Assembly (NCBI GenBank): GCA_963827235.1 | Contig: CAWHAE010000015.1 | Coordinates: 18,741-82,740 of the forward strand | DNA: 64,000 nt | Source of the DNA: an uncultured bacterium | GTDB lineage: Bacteria > Chloroflexota > UBA5177 > JANWHV01 | Direction of reading: 5' to 3' | Part shown: piece by piece, positions 56,198-64,000 of the stretch | Numbering within the stretch: position 1 is the first letter of the stretch | Layout of the letters: every line of letters begins with the position of its first letter | The notes under the pieces: model-generated | What the model was told of the DNA's origin: nothing | The model's input: only the letters and a program-made list of their open reading frames with translations | The model's database searches: none | Position numbers and translations under genes: made by a program

Positions 56198-58060
56198 ATG
56201 GCAAGTGTGAGCTCACGCGATGACGACGCTCAGCTAGAGGCGACGGGGCCCGCTCAGGGTGCTCAGGCTGTCGACCTGGGATGGCTCCCTGCTCTCAGCG
56301 TGGTCGCAGCCGGCGGCCTGCTGCTGGTCGCGCTGGCCGACATGGCCGCGCGCGCGTCCATGCACCTGGCGGCGCTGGTCTTCTGGCTCGGCCTGCTCAT
56401 GCTGATCTGTCCGATTGCCGCGCGTCTGCTCTCCACCGCCGCTTCAGGCGGCGAGCGTCTCGGCCTCGTGGTGTTGCTCGGCATGGGGCTCTACGGCGTG
56501 AAGATGCTGCACAGCCCCCTCTACTTTACGTTCGTGGACGAGCTGCAGCACTGGCCCACGGCCGGCGACATACTGAGCACGAGCCACCTCTTCCACCTCA
56601 ATTCCGTGCTGCCGGTCAGCTCGCTCTACCCATCCCTGGAGATCATCACGGAGGCGCTGTCCGCCCTTGGCGGGCTGTCCATCTTTGCCTCCGGCGTGAT
56701 CGTGATGGCCGTGGCGCGGTTCATGCTCGCGCTGGCGCTGTTCCTGTACTACCGGCAGATCGGCGGCTCGGCTCGGATCGCCGCTTTGGGCGTGATGCTC
56801 TACATGGCCAACCCCAACTTCATCTATTTCGACGCGCAGTTTTCCTACGAATCACTGGCCCTGCCGATAGCCGTTCTCGTGCTCTACGCGCTGGCGCGCC
56901 GCGAAGGAGCGCCGGCCAACCAGATGGCCGGCCTGGCGGCCGTGCTCGTGCTGGGGATCGCCATGATCGTGACCACGCACCACATGACCAGCTACATGCT
57001 GGCTGCCTTTGCCGTGCTCTGGGCTGCCATCGCCGCGCTGAAGGGCGGCGTGCGCGCCGCGGTCGGCCCGGGCGGTGTTGCCGTGCTGACCATTGCCCTG
57101 GCCCTGGCCTGGCTGTGCTTCGTGGCGTCGCTCACGATCAGCTACCTGGCGCCCAACTTCGTCGACGCGATGCAGCAGGTCGTGAAGCTCATAGCGCGAG
57201 AATCGGGGCCGCGGCAGCTCTTTCACTCCTCGACGTCCGGCTACGTGGCACCCGTCTGGGAACGCATCGCCGGCTTCGGCTCGATAGTCTGCATACTGGT
57301 GGGGCTGCCGTTCGGCTGGCTCTGCGTCTGGCGTGGGCGGCCCTGCAGCGCTCCGGTGCTGGCGCACGCGCTCGCCGCCCTGATCTATCCCCCCACGCTC
57401 TTCCTGCGTCTGACGTCCGGGGGCGCCGAGATCTCGAACCGGGCCTCGGAATTCGTGTTCATTCCCGTAGCCTACATCCTGGCCGCCGGCATCGTGGAAT
57501 ACCGCGTCTTCGGGTGGCTCGAGCGCATCAAGCCGGTAGCGCTGCTGCCCTGGGTGGCAGTGATCTTCGTCGGCGGCCTGATCGTGGGATGGCCGCCCTG
57601 GGCGCGACAGCCTGGACCCTACCTGGTGGGAGCCGACTCCCGATCGATCGAGCCCCAGGGCGTCGACGCGGCGGAGTGGGCGGCGAGCGTGCTCGGACCC
57701 GGACACCGCGTGGCGGCAGATCGCACGAACACCCTGCTCATGAACAGCTACGGGAGGCAGTATGTAGTGACGCACCTGGAAGACAACGTGGACGTGTCCG
57801 GCATTTACTTCTCGCCGACCATGGGCTCCAACGAGCTCGACACGCTTCGCAAAGGCAAGATCCGCTATCTGGTGGTGGATATGCGGCTGAGCACGGGAGT
57901 GCCTCAGGGTGGGCCGTTCTTCGAGGTGGATAGTAATGACTCGCATCCCATTGCCGCGGCCGCGCTGGCGAAGTTCGACCAATTCCCCTTGATCGATCGC
58001 GAGTTCGACAGCGGACAGATCGTGGTCTACGACACGCAGGCGCTGAGCAATGCGCCCTAG
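56198..58060 (+). CDS. Large polytopic membrane protein, GT-C / polymerase-like
   Basis: 620 aa with at least 10 predicted TM helices by eye. Acidic motif FVDELQHW in the first loop. Soluble C-terminal domain of ~150 aa. Family not firmly recognised. Confidence 0.65.
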   Translation: MASVSSRDDDAQLEATGPAQGAQAVDLGWLPALSVVAAGGLLLVALADMAARASMHLAALVFWLGLLMLICPIAARLLSTAASGGERLGLVVLLGMGLYGVKMLHSPLYFTFVDELQHWPTAGDILSTSHLFHLNSVLPVSSLYPSLEIITEALSALGGLSIFASGVIVMAVARFMLALALFLYYRQIGGSARIAALGVMLYMANPNFIYFDAQFSYESLALPIAVLVLYALARREGAPANQMAGLAAVLVLGIAMIVTTHHMTSYMLAAFAVLWAAIAALKGGVRAAVGPGGVAVLTIALALAWLCFVASLTISYLAPNFVDAMQQVVKLIARESGPRQLFHSSTSGYVAPVWERIAGFGSIVCILVGLPFGWLCVWRGRPCSAPVLAHALAALIYPPTLFLRLTSGGAEISNRASEFVFIPVAYILAAGIVEYRVFGWLERIKPVALLPWVAVIFVGGLIVGWPPWARQPGPYLVGADSRSIEPQGVDAAEWAASVLGPGHRVAADRTNTLLMNSYGRQYVVTHLEDNVDVSGIYFSPTMGSNELDTLRKGKIRYLVVDMRLSTGVPQGGPFFEVDSNDSHPIAAAALAKFDQFPLIDREFDSGQIVVYDTQALSNAP

Positions 58061-58865
58061 CCGAGCCCTGCTCCTGGCGGCCGTCACCGTCGCGGCGGCG
58101 CTGATCTGCCTGCTGCCTGTGCCGGATGCGCTGGGCTGGCTGCGCGCGGCCTGCGCGGTGCTGCTGGTCCTGGTCCTGCCGGGGCTGGCGGTCACCGCGG
58201 CCCTGTTTCCCTGGCACACGCTCTCCGTCGCGGTGCGCCTGCTCTTCACCGTGGGGCTGAGCGTGTGCATCACGGCCTTGCTCGGCTACGTGCTGAACTG
58301 GAACGGCCCGGGACTGCAGCGCATCTGGTGGATCGGCGCCCTGGGCTACCTGACGCAGCTCGCGGCCGTCATAGCCGTGATCCGCCGGCGCGACGCCGAG
58401 CGTTTCCGCAGCCAGATGACCTCTCTCGCACCGCTACGCGATTTGCCCCCGGCGTGGTCCGCCACTCGCGCGCCGGTGTTTCGCATCCGCCGCGGGGCGT
58501 GCCTTCTCTTTGCCCTGGCGGCACTGATCACCACCACCGCGTTCGCGATCAATTATGTCAACGCGAATGACGAGACCGGTCCCGGCTTCACGCAGTTGTG
58601 GATGCTTCCCACGGCGACCAATGCGGTGAGGCTGGGGGTGACGAATCACGAAGGCCGGACCGTGCGCTACCGGCTCGTGCTCTCCGTTCCCGGCACCTCG
58701 CTGGCTTCCTGGCCGGCCCTGGCACTGCAGCCGGGCCACACCTGGACCGGCACCGTCTCCCTTCCGTCGTGGCTGCCCTTCGGCACCGAGCTGACCGGCA
58801 CGCTCTACCGCGGCAGCGGCCCGCACGCCGTCCCCTACCGGCACGTGACCTACTGGACGCACTAG
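58050..58865 (+). CDS. DUF1616-like membrane protein
   Basis: N-terminal TM bundle, then a beta domain with FTQLWML...VTNHEGRTVRYRLVL, reminiscent of DUF1616 (NhEg...Y). Overlaps the upstream gene by 11 nt. Confidence 0.55.
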   Translation: MRPSRALLLAAVTVAAALICLLPVPDALGWLRAACAVLLVLVLPGLAVTAALFPWHTLSVAVRLLFTVGLSVCITALLGYVLNWNGPGLQRIWWIGALGYLTQLAAVIAVIRRRDAERFRSQMTSLAPLRDLPPAWSATRAPVFRIRRGACLLFALAALITTTAFAINYVNANDETGPGFTQLWMLPTATNAVRLGVTNHEGRTVRYRLVLSVPGTSLASWPALALQPGHTWTGTVSLPSWLPFGTELTGTLYRGSGPHAVPYRHVTYWTH

Positions 58866-59002
58866 GGGCCTGACGGCAGCGAAAGCTCAGGCTTCCCGAG
58901 ACCGCAGCCGCCCCGCTGCTGCGGTGACACCGCCGTGTCAGGCCGCGCTGCACCGTCCGGGGCCATCACGCTCCCCGGGTCGAGCTCCCTGTTCTCCGCC
59001 AT

Positions 59003-59023
59003 GTCGTGCCCGGCCGGCACGAC
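59003..59023 (+). terminator. GC hairpin after the glycosylation operon
   Basis: GTCGTGCC-cggcc-GGCACGAC (8-bp stem) followed by an AT-rich stretch (TGGTACTAATATCGATA). Confidence 0.35.
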
Positions 59024-59116
59024 TGGTACTAATATCGATACGATACTATTGCGTTTCGTTATCTGTTGTGATATACCGGATGGGAAAGGTAGTTGCCAAG
59101 CGGTTTGGAGACCCTC

Positions 59117-60676
59117 ATGCGCGCGCCTTCGAAGTATCTGATCGCTATCGTGGCGGCACTGGCACTCTTCCCCGTCGGCCTTGACAGCATGATCGTCAGC
59201 GTGGCCATCGTGCCGATCAGTCGCTCCATGCATACCACCGCCGACGTCGTGCAATGGATTATGCTCGGTTATCTGCTGGCCAACGCCGCCGTAACTCCCC
59301 TGGGCGGCTACCTGGGCAACCGCCTGGGTGCCAAGCGGCTCTTCCTTCTGGGCATCGCCGTCTTTACGCTGTGTTCGTTCCTCTGCGGCGTGGCGGCCGA
59401 CCAGACCTGGCTCGTGGCTTTCCGCGTGCTGCAGGGCCTCGGCGGCGGGTTCATCATTCCGCTGGGCGTGGCCGTGGCCCTGGCTCAGTTTCCCGCGAAG
59501 GAGCGGGCAAGAGGCATGGCGGCCGTTGCTCTCCCCATGCTGCTTGCGCCGGTGCTCGGTCCAATCGTGGGCGGCGTGATCATCGACAGTTTTAGCTGGC
59601 AGGCTATCTTCTTCGTCAACGTTCCGGTCGGTGCCCTGGCTGTGCTCCTCAACTGGCTCGTCGTACCGGCCGACCAAACGCGCGACGACCAGGCACGCGC
59701 CTCGTTCGATACTCCCGGCCTGGCCCTGTCGATGGTCGGCGTGGCGCTCGTCGTCTACGCCTTCAAGCTGGTGAGCCAGATCGATCCCGGCACCCGGAGC
59801 GCACTGAACCCGGGAGGCAGCATGTATGGCTGGGGCTACTGGCTGGTCTGGCTCCTGTTGGGCATAGGCTCCGCTCTGCTGGCTATCTTCGCCGTGCACG
59901 CCCTGCGCAACGACGATCCGGTGCTGGACCTGCGATTGTTCGCGGACCGCAACTTCACGCTGAGCAATCTGACCCAATGGATACAGGCTACGCTCACCTT
60001 TGGCGTTCTCTTCCTGGTGCCGGTGTACCTGGAGCAGATCCGGGTGCCGAACCTCTCTCCCCTGCACACCGGCCTGGCTCTGCTTCCTCTTGGGCTGGCC
60101 ACGATCGTGGGCATGGTGCTGGCTACTCGGCTCTACCGCCCACTCGGCGTGCGTCCCCTCGTGGTGCTCGGCGGCGCCCTGACGGCCGTGGCAGCCTGGC
60201 AGCTGGCCACCCTCGGTCCCACGACCTCGATCGTCGACTTTTCACCCTGGCTGGCCCTGATCGGCATGAGCACGACGCTGCTCGCCCTGCCGACGAACAC
60301 GCTGGCACTGCAGTCGCTCACCGGCGAAGCACTCAACAAGGCCAGCTCGCTGGTGACGTCGACCAAGCTGCTTTTCGGCGCCATCGGGCCGGCGGTACTG
60401 GTAACCTACTTCCAGCAGCAGACGACCTGGCATGCCAATCGTTTGAGCGTCGTCCTGGCTCATGCACACGGCACAGCAGGAGGGGCCGGCGCGCCGACGA
60501 GCGGGCTGCTGGCCGCGCGGGTGGGATCGAGTGCGCTGCACGACGTCTTCCTGGTCATAGCCTGGATCTCGCTCGTGATAGTTGCCCTGGGTCTGTGCCT
60601 GCCGGGACGTGCGGGGTCGGCGCACAAGGCCGCGGCGGCATGGCGCCTGCCGGAGGCGGCACCGGTATCGCTCTAG
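59117..60676 (+). CDS. MFS transporter, DHA2 (14-TMS EmrB/QacA-like) family
   Basis: Track ORF 59093..60676. Met9 (59117) is 6 nt after GGAG. Motifs LDSMIVSVA, GYLGNRLGAKR, FRVLQGLGGG. Confidence 0.85.
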   Translation: MRAPSKYLIAIVAALALFPVGLDSMIVSVAIVPISRSMHTTADVVQWIMLGYLLANAAVTPLGGYLGNRLGAKRLFLLGIAVFTLCSFLCGVAADQTWLVAFRVLQGLGGGFIIPLGVAVALAQFPAKERARGMAAVALPMLLAPVLGPIVGGVIIDSFSWQAIFFVNVPVGALAVLLNWLVVPADQTRDDQARASFDTPGLALSMVGVALVVYAFKLVSQIDPGTRSALNPGGSMYGWGYWLVWLLLGIGSALLAIFAVHALRNDDPVLDLRLFADRNFTLSNLTQWIQATLTFGVLFLVPVYLEQIRVPNLSPLHTGLALLPLGLATIVGMVLATRLYRPLGVRPLVVLGGALTAVAAWQLATLGPTTSIVDFSPWLALIGMSTTLLALPTNTLALQSLTGEALNKASSLVTSTKLLFGAIGPAVLVTYFQQQTTWHANRLSVVLAHAHGTAGGAGAPTSGLLAARVGSSALHDVFLVIAWISLVIVALGLCLPGRAGSAHKAAAAWRLPEAAPVSL

Positions 60677-60693
60677 CATTCGAAGGAGTGGGC

Positions 60694-61389
60694 ATGGACG
60701 CATTACCGCCGGGAGTCGACGACGCAATCTCCGGCTCGCATGGCGGTGAGCGCCGCACCCGGCCGAAGCGCGACAAGCACGCGACCACCCTGCCCGTGCG
60801 CACACCGGGTCGACCGCGCAGCGCCGAAGCGCACAGGGCGATTCTGGACGCTGCCGTCGAGCTGCTCGCCGAAGAGGGATTCGAAGGCTTGAGCATCGAG
60901 CGAGTGGCGGCGCGCGCCGGCGTGGGCAAGACCACGGTCTACCGGCGCTGGACGACCAAAGAAGCCCTGATCGTGGCCGCGGTCCAGGGACTGCACGCGG
61001 ACTATCCCCTGATCGATACCGGCAACCTGCGCGACGATCTGCAGGCTCTGGCTCGTACCGGCGAACAGCCGCGCGCGCAGGAGTTGTTGCCCCGGCTGCT
61101 GCCGCGCTTCATCAGTCAGGTGGCGGCCAATCCCACGGTATTCGACGCCTTCTGGCAGGCCATGATCATGCCGCGACTGCAGCGGTTGATCGAGATGATC
61201 GAGCGCGCCAAGGCGCGTGGCGAGCTGCGCGCCGACGTAGAGCCCGCCGCGGTGGTCGAGCTGTTCGGCGGTGCCTTTTACTTCCAGATGCTCTTCGGCC
61301 GGCTGCTCGGCCTGCCGCCTTCGGATTTCGCCCGGCGCCTGATCGACACGCTCTGGCAGGGGATCGCGTCTCCCGATCCGGCGCCATGA
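60694..61389 (+). CDS. TetR-family transcriptional regulator
   Basis: Lower part of track ORF 59977..61389. ATG at 60694 follows GAAGGAG. HTH region ILDAAVELLAEEGFEGLSIERVAARAGVGKTTVYRRW. Confidence 0.85.
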   Translation: MDALPPGVDDAISGSHGGERRTRPKRDKHATTLPVRTPGRPRSAEAHRAILDAAVELLAEEGFEGLSIERVAARAGVGKTTVYRRWTTKEALIVAAVQGLHADYPLIDTGNLRDDLQALARTGEQPRAQELLPRLLPRFISQVAANPTVFDAFWQAMIMPRLQRLIEMIERAKARGELRADVEPAAVVELFGGAFYFQMLFGRLLGLPPSDFARRLIDTLWQGIASPDPAP

Positions 61390-61545
61390 CGGGTTCTCTG
61401 CAATGTCCGAAGGATTGTCCCCGCTAAGGGCCGTGGTGTCTAGCGGGGACGGAACCGGCTGCTCGTCCGAGAGCAGCTCGAGGCACGGCGGAGCCGTGCG
61501 GCTGTGGAGGCATGGTGGTGCGATCCAGGCCGCGCTTGTCGGCAC

Positions 61546-62439
61546 TCAGCGATTCGGCGCCACCGGAGCTAGAGTAGCCCGCTCAGCACGCAGCAGTACG
61601 TGCACAATCGACGCATCGGCATCACTACCAACAGCCTGCGCGTACATGGCCTCAAAGGCTGCAGCCAAGGCGGCACCGTAGGGGTGGAGACCGAAGTGCG
61701 GCGTTTGGTGATCGACCGCCCACTGGTAGTATCGATTCGTCGCTTCGCCCGCGCGGGCCAGTGTCGCCAGAGTAGCTCTGCCATGGTGGACGAGATAAGC
61801 ATGGCTCCGAAACGGAAACGAGAGTATGCGCTGAGCCTGCGCAGCCACATCGTGCTGCAGGTGCCGCGCGGGGTCACCGTCTTCCAGAAAAGGACGATGC
61901 CGCGGCTGCCAGACTGCTGCCGGCTCGAACAGCAGGCTGTTCAGGGCTACCGGCCGTTCAGTCAGCTGCGGGCCTTGCGCATCGCCGTCGTCCGGCTCGC
62001 CGGCAAGCACTGCCCCCGTGCTCGCGAGTGCCGCGACGGCCGCGGTCAGGGTGTCCGAGCGGAGGAGATACACGTCCGTATCGAGGACCCACACCAGATT
62101 CAGATCGAGGGCACCGCTGCCCTGCAGCGCCGCGAGGTGGTTGACTCCTTGCGTGAGCGCTGGGCCGTGGTAGCGTTGCTGGTCGTTCACAATCGGTTCG
62201 ACCAGGCCCGCCTCACCCAGCGCGGCGAGCAGCGACCGCGATCCATCAGTCGAGGCATTGTCGACGACGACGACAGCCTGGATTGCTCCGGGGGTAAGGA
62301 CGCATCGGAGGCCGAAGAGCAAGCGGGCGAGCAGGTGCCGGGTATTGTAGTTGACCGCCACCACGCCCACCCTCGGTGGCTCGTCCCGCCGGACGCGTGT
62401 AAGCACTGGCCATGGGCGCATCGGCTCGTCTCCTACCAT
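61546..62439 (-). CDS. Family 2 glycosyltransferase-like protein
   Basis: VGVVAVNYNT..., VVVDNASTDGS, and VLDTDV (DxD-like). Confidence 0.7.
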   Translation of the reverse strand: MVGDEPMRPWPVLTRVRRDEPPRVGVVAVNYNTRHLLARLLFGLRCVLTPGAIQAVVVVDNASTDGSRSLLAALGEAGLVEPIVNDQQRYHGPALTQGVNHLAALQGSGALDLNLVWVLDTDVYLLRSDTLTAAVAALASTGAVLAGEPDDGDAQGPQLTERPVALNSLLFEPAAVWQPRHRPFLEDGDPARHLQHDVAAQAQRILSFPFRSHAYLVHHGRATLATLARAGEATNRYYQWAVDHQTPHFGLHPYGAALAAAFEAMYAQAVGSDADASIVHVLLRAERATLAPVAPNR

Positions 62440-63049
62440 GAGCCGCAGCCTCTCTTTCCATCATGGCACGCCCAGCCGGCTCGTGTGTCAGGAAGCGTGC
62501 TATCTCAGTCCCGACACACAACAGCAACCACCGCGTGACCGGTGCTGTCATTGACGCAGCGACGGCCCGTACGTGCTGCTTGCCGGCGCATTTCATCCCC
62601 GTATCGTATCTCTAGCTGCTATTGGCACGCAGGGCGGTCCTGATACGCTTCACCTCGTCGCACAACACTCCACGCAGAACGATCAGTCCATATCCAGTTC
62701 AGCTAGACTCGCCTGGCGATGTGCAACAGGCGTCTCTGGAAGCACGAGTCTGGCTGCTCGGCACTGCTCGAGCTGTATGCTCAGTGTGGCACGCCACCAA
62801 CGGACAATCATCAGCCGGCGGGCTGAGTAGCACTCGAGACAGGGCAAGTACACTGAGATGAGTTCTGGCGGCTACTCATGGGAGCGCGTAGTGGCTCATC
62901 GCTCGATCGACACCGTACTCGCCGGGCGATCGGACCCTTCGCCGGTGGCCGCCGGCGCGGCTTCAGCTTCGTGGAGTGCGGCCCGCGCCGGTGCTCCGCC
63001 GTGCGGCAGCCCGCCGTGCCCCGATCTCTGCCGGCGACCGCCGAACCGG

Positions 63050-64000
63050 TTGCTGAAGCGCCTGCCCGCAGCGGCACTCGCCGCCGTGCTCGTGTTTTCG
63101 CTGGCGGCCTGCTCCGCCGGCGGCGCCACACCCGCGGCGGCCGGCCCGGCCCTCACCCTCCAGGCCGGTGAGCGAGGGATACCGATCAGTCCGACTCTGT
63201 TCGGCCTCATGTTCGAGGAGATCAACCACGCGGGTGACGGCGGCATCTATGCCGAGCTGCTGGCCAACCGCGCTATGCTCGACAATTCGCCTCGCGCCTC
63301 GCCCGATGAGCAGGATTCGACGCCGAGCACAGATCCGTGGGTGCTGGATTCGACCGGCCAGGCGTTCGGCTCAGTCGGTCTCGACACCCAGGATCCGGTG
63401 AACACGACGGCGCTCACCGAGAGCCTGCGCCTGGGGATCACACGGGTTGGGCCTGGCGAGCGCGTGGGCGTGGTCAATTCCGGCTACGGCGGCATTCCGG
63501 TGTGGCCGCGCACCACCTATCGCGTCTCCTTCTACGCACGCAGCGGGGACGGCTTCAAAGGGCCGCTCACGATCAGCCTGGAGAGCGCGACGACGAACAA
63601 GGTCTTCGTCTCCGCGACGGTACCTGGGGTTACCACCCGCTGGCGACACTATGCGATGACCCTGACCACGCCCGGAGGCTTTGCGCCTAGCGAGGACAAC
63701 CAGTTCGTGATCGCGGCAACCCACATAGGCACGATATGGCTCAGCCTGGTCTCGCTCTTCCCGCCCACGTGGAACGATCGGCCAAACGGCATGCGCATCG
63801 ATCTGATGCGCGATCTGCTGGCCCTTCACCCCGCCTTCCTGCGCATCCCGGGCGGCAACTACCTGGAGGGCCAGACGTTCGCCACGCGGTTCATCTGGCA
63901 GACCACTATTGGCGACCTGTCGTCACGTCCCGGCCATCTCGACGATGCGTGGGGCTACCGCTCCACCGACGGCCTGGGCTTGCTCGAGTACCTGGAATGG
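63050..64000 (+). CDS. GH51-type alpha-L-arabinofuranosidase with an N-terminal CBM-like domain; 3' end outside the window
   Basis: Not in the track because no stop falls in the window. Frame 2 reads a lipoprotein signal (LKRLPAAALAAVLVFSLAAC), then ISPTLFGLMFEEINHAGDGGIYAELLANR...LRIPGGNYLEG. The start is uncertain: TTG at 63050 or ATG at 62858. Confidence 0.7.
   Translation, partial: MLKRLPAAALAAVLVFSLAACSAGGATPAAAGPALTLQAGERGIPISPTLFGLMFEEINHAGDGGIYAELLANRAMLDNSPRASPDEQDSTPSTDPWVLDSTGQAFGSVGLDTQDPVNTTALTESLRLGITRVGPGERVGVVNSGYGGIPVWPRTTYRVSFYARSGDGFKGPLTISLESATTNKVFVSATVPGVTTRWRHYAMTLTTPGGFAPSEDNQFVIAATHIGTIWLSLVSLFPPTWNDRPNGMRIDLMRDLLALHPAFLRIPGGNYLEGQTFATRFIWQTTIGDLSSRPGHLDDAWGYRSTDGLGLLEYLEW

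Noticed and set aside
59031-59075. AT-rich stretch upstream of the MFS gene (AATATCGATACGATACTATTGCGTTTCGTTATC), considered as a TetR operator.
   Set aside because: Only an 8-bp palindrome (TATCGATA) and short imperfect arms are present, with no clear 15-17-bp dyad. It is plausibly just the promoter region. This needs experimental footprinting.
59977-60693. Upper part of the 470-aa track ORF 59977..61389, in frame with the TetR gene.
   Set aside because: It overlaps the MFS transporter CDS in another frame and has low-complexity composition. TetR homology and a GAAGGAG RBS begin at 60694.
1-64000. Scan for tRNA (GGTTCGA-type T-arms), rRNA, RNase P (GAGGAAAGTCCGG), tmRNA, common riboswitch cores (TPP, glycine, cobalamin B12 box) and CRISPR repeats.
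   Set aside because: No convincing matches were found by eye. The few word hits (for example GCCACTG at ~6476 and AAAGTCC at ~39010) lack the surrounding consensus.

Overview
This is a 64-kb, high-GC (roughly 65% by eye) bacterial chromosomal segment with about 50 credible protein genes. Intergenic gaps are unusually long (0.4-0.9 kb). I found no rRNA, tRNA or CRISPR array. All family calls come from motifs read by eye in the ORF track; no database search was run, and the organism cannot be named from this window.

Gene order, left to right:
- A soluble multi-GAF histidine kinase (5' partial), translationally coupled to small unknown ORFs.
- A YkgJ-type Cys-cluster gene next to a 397-aa unknown.
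- kbl.
- About 10 kb of exported lectin, beta-propeller and NHL-repeat proteins, mixed with decayed genes: a 5'-truncated penicillin-acylase fragment and an rve-type integrase remnant.
- tdh.
- An orphan histidine-kinase ATPase fragment.
- A cytosolic sugar-binding-domain/PAS/GGDEF/EAL protein.
- A Zur-linked metal ABC importer operon, back-to-back with kdpFABC.
- An unusual kdp regulatory set: Usp, a kinase-less KdpD N-domain, a lone receiver domain and KdpE.
- An orphan Opp/Dpp permease pair, divergent from a complete Opp/Dpp-type ABC operon.
- Two divergent GH26 genes, one carrying a 417-bp tandem duplication.
- An envelope cluster: BNR propeller, double sulfocyanin-type cupredoxin, TlpA thioredoxin, and a BlaI repressor with an M56 peptidase.
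- A five-gene glycosylation operon: GT2, GT4, GT4, a GT-C-like membrane protein and a DUF1616-like protein.
- An MFS gene with a TetR gene, a GT2 gene, and a 3'-partial GH51 arabinofuranosidase.

The most interesting signal is the BlaI/M56 module. The same palindrome, TACTAC-N6-GTAGTA, lies in the spacer upstream of the cupredoxin operon and in the tlpA/blaI divergent promoter region.

Start codons other than the track starts are my own by-eye choices.
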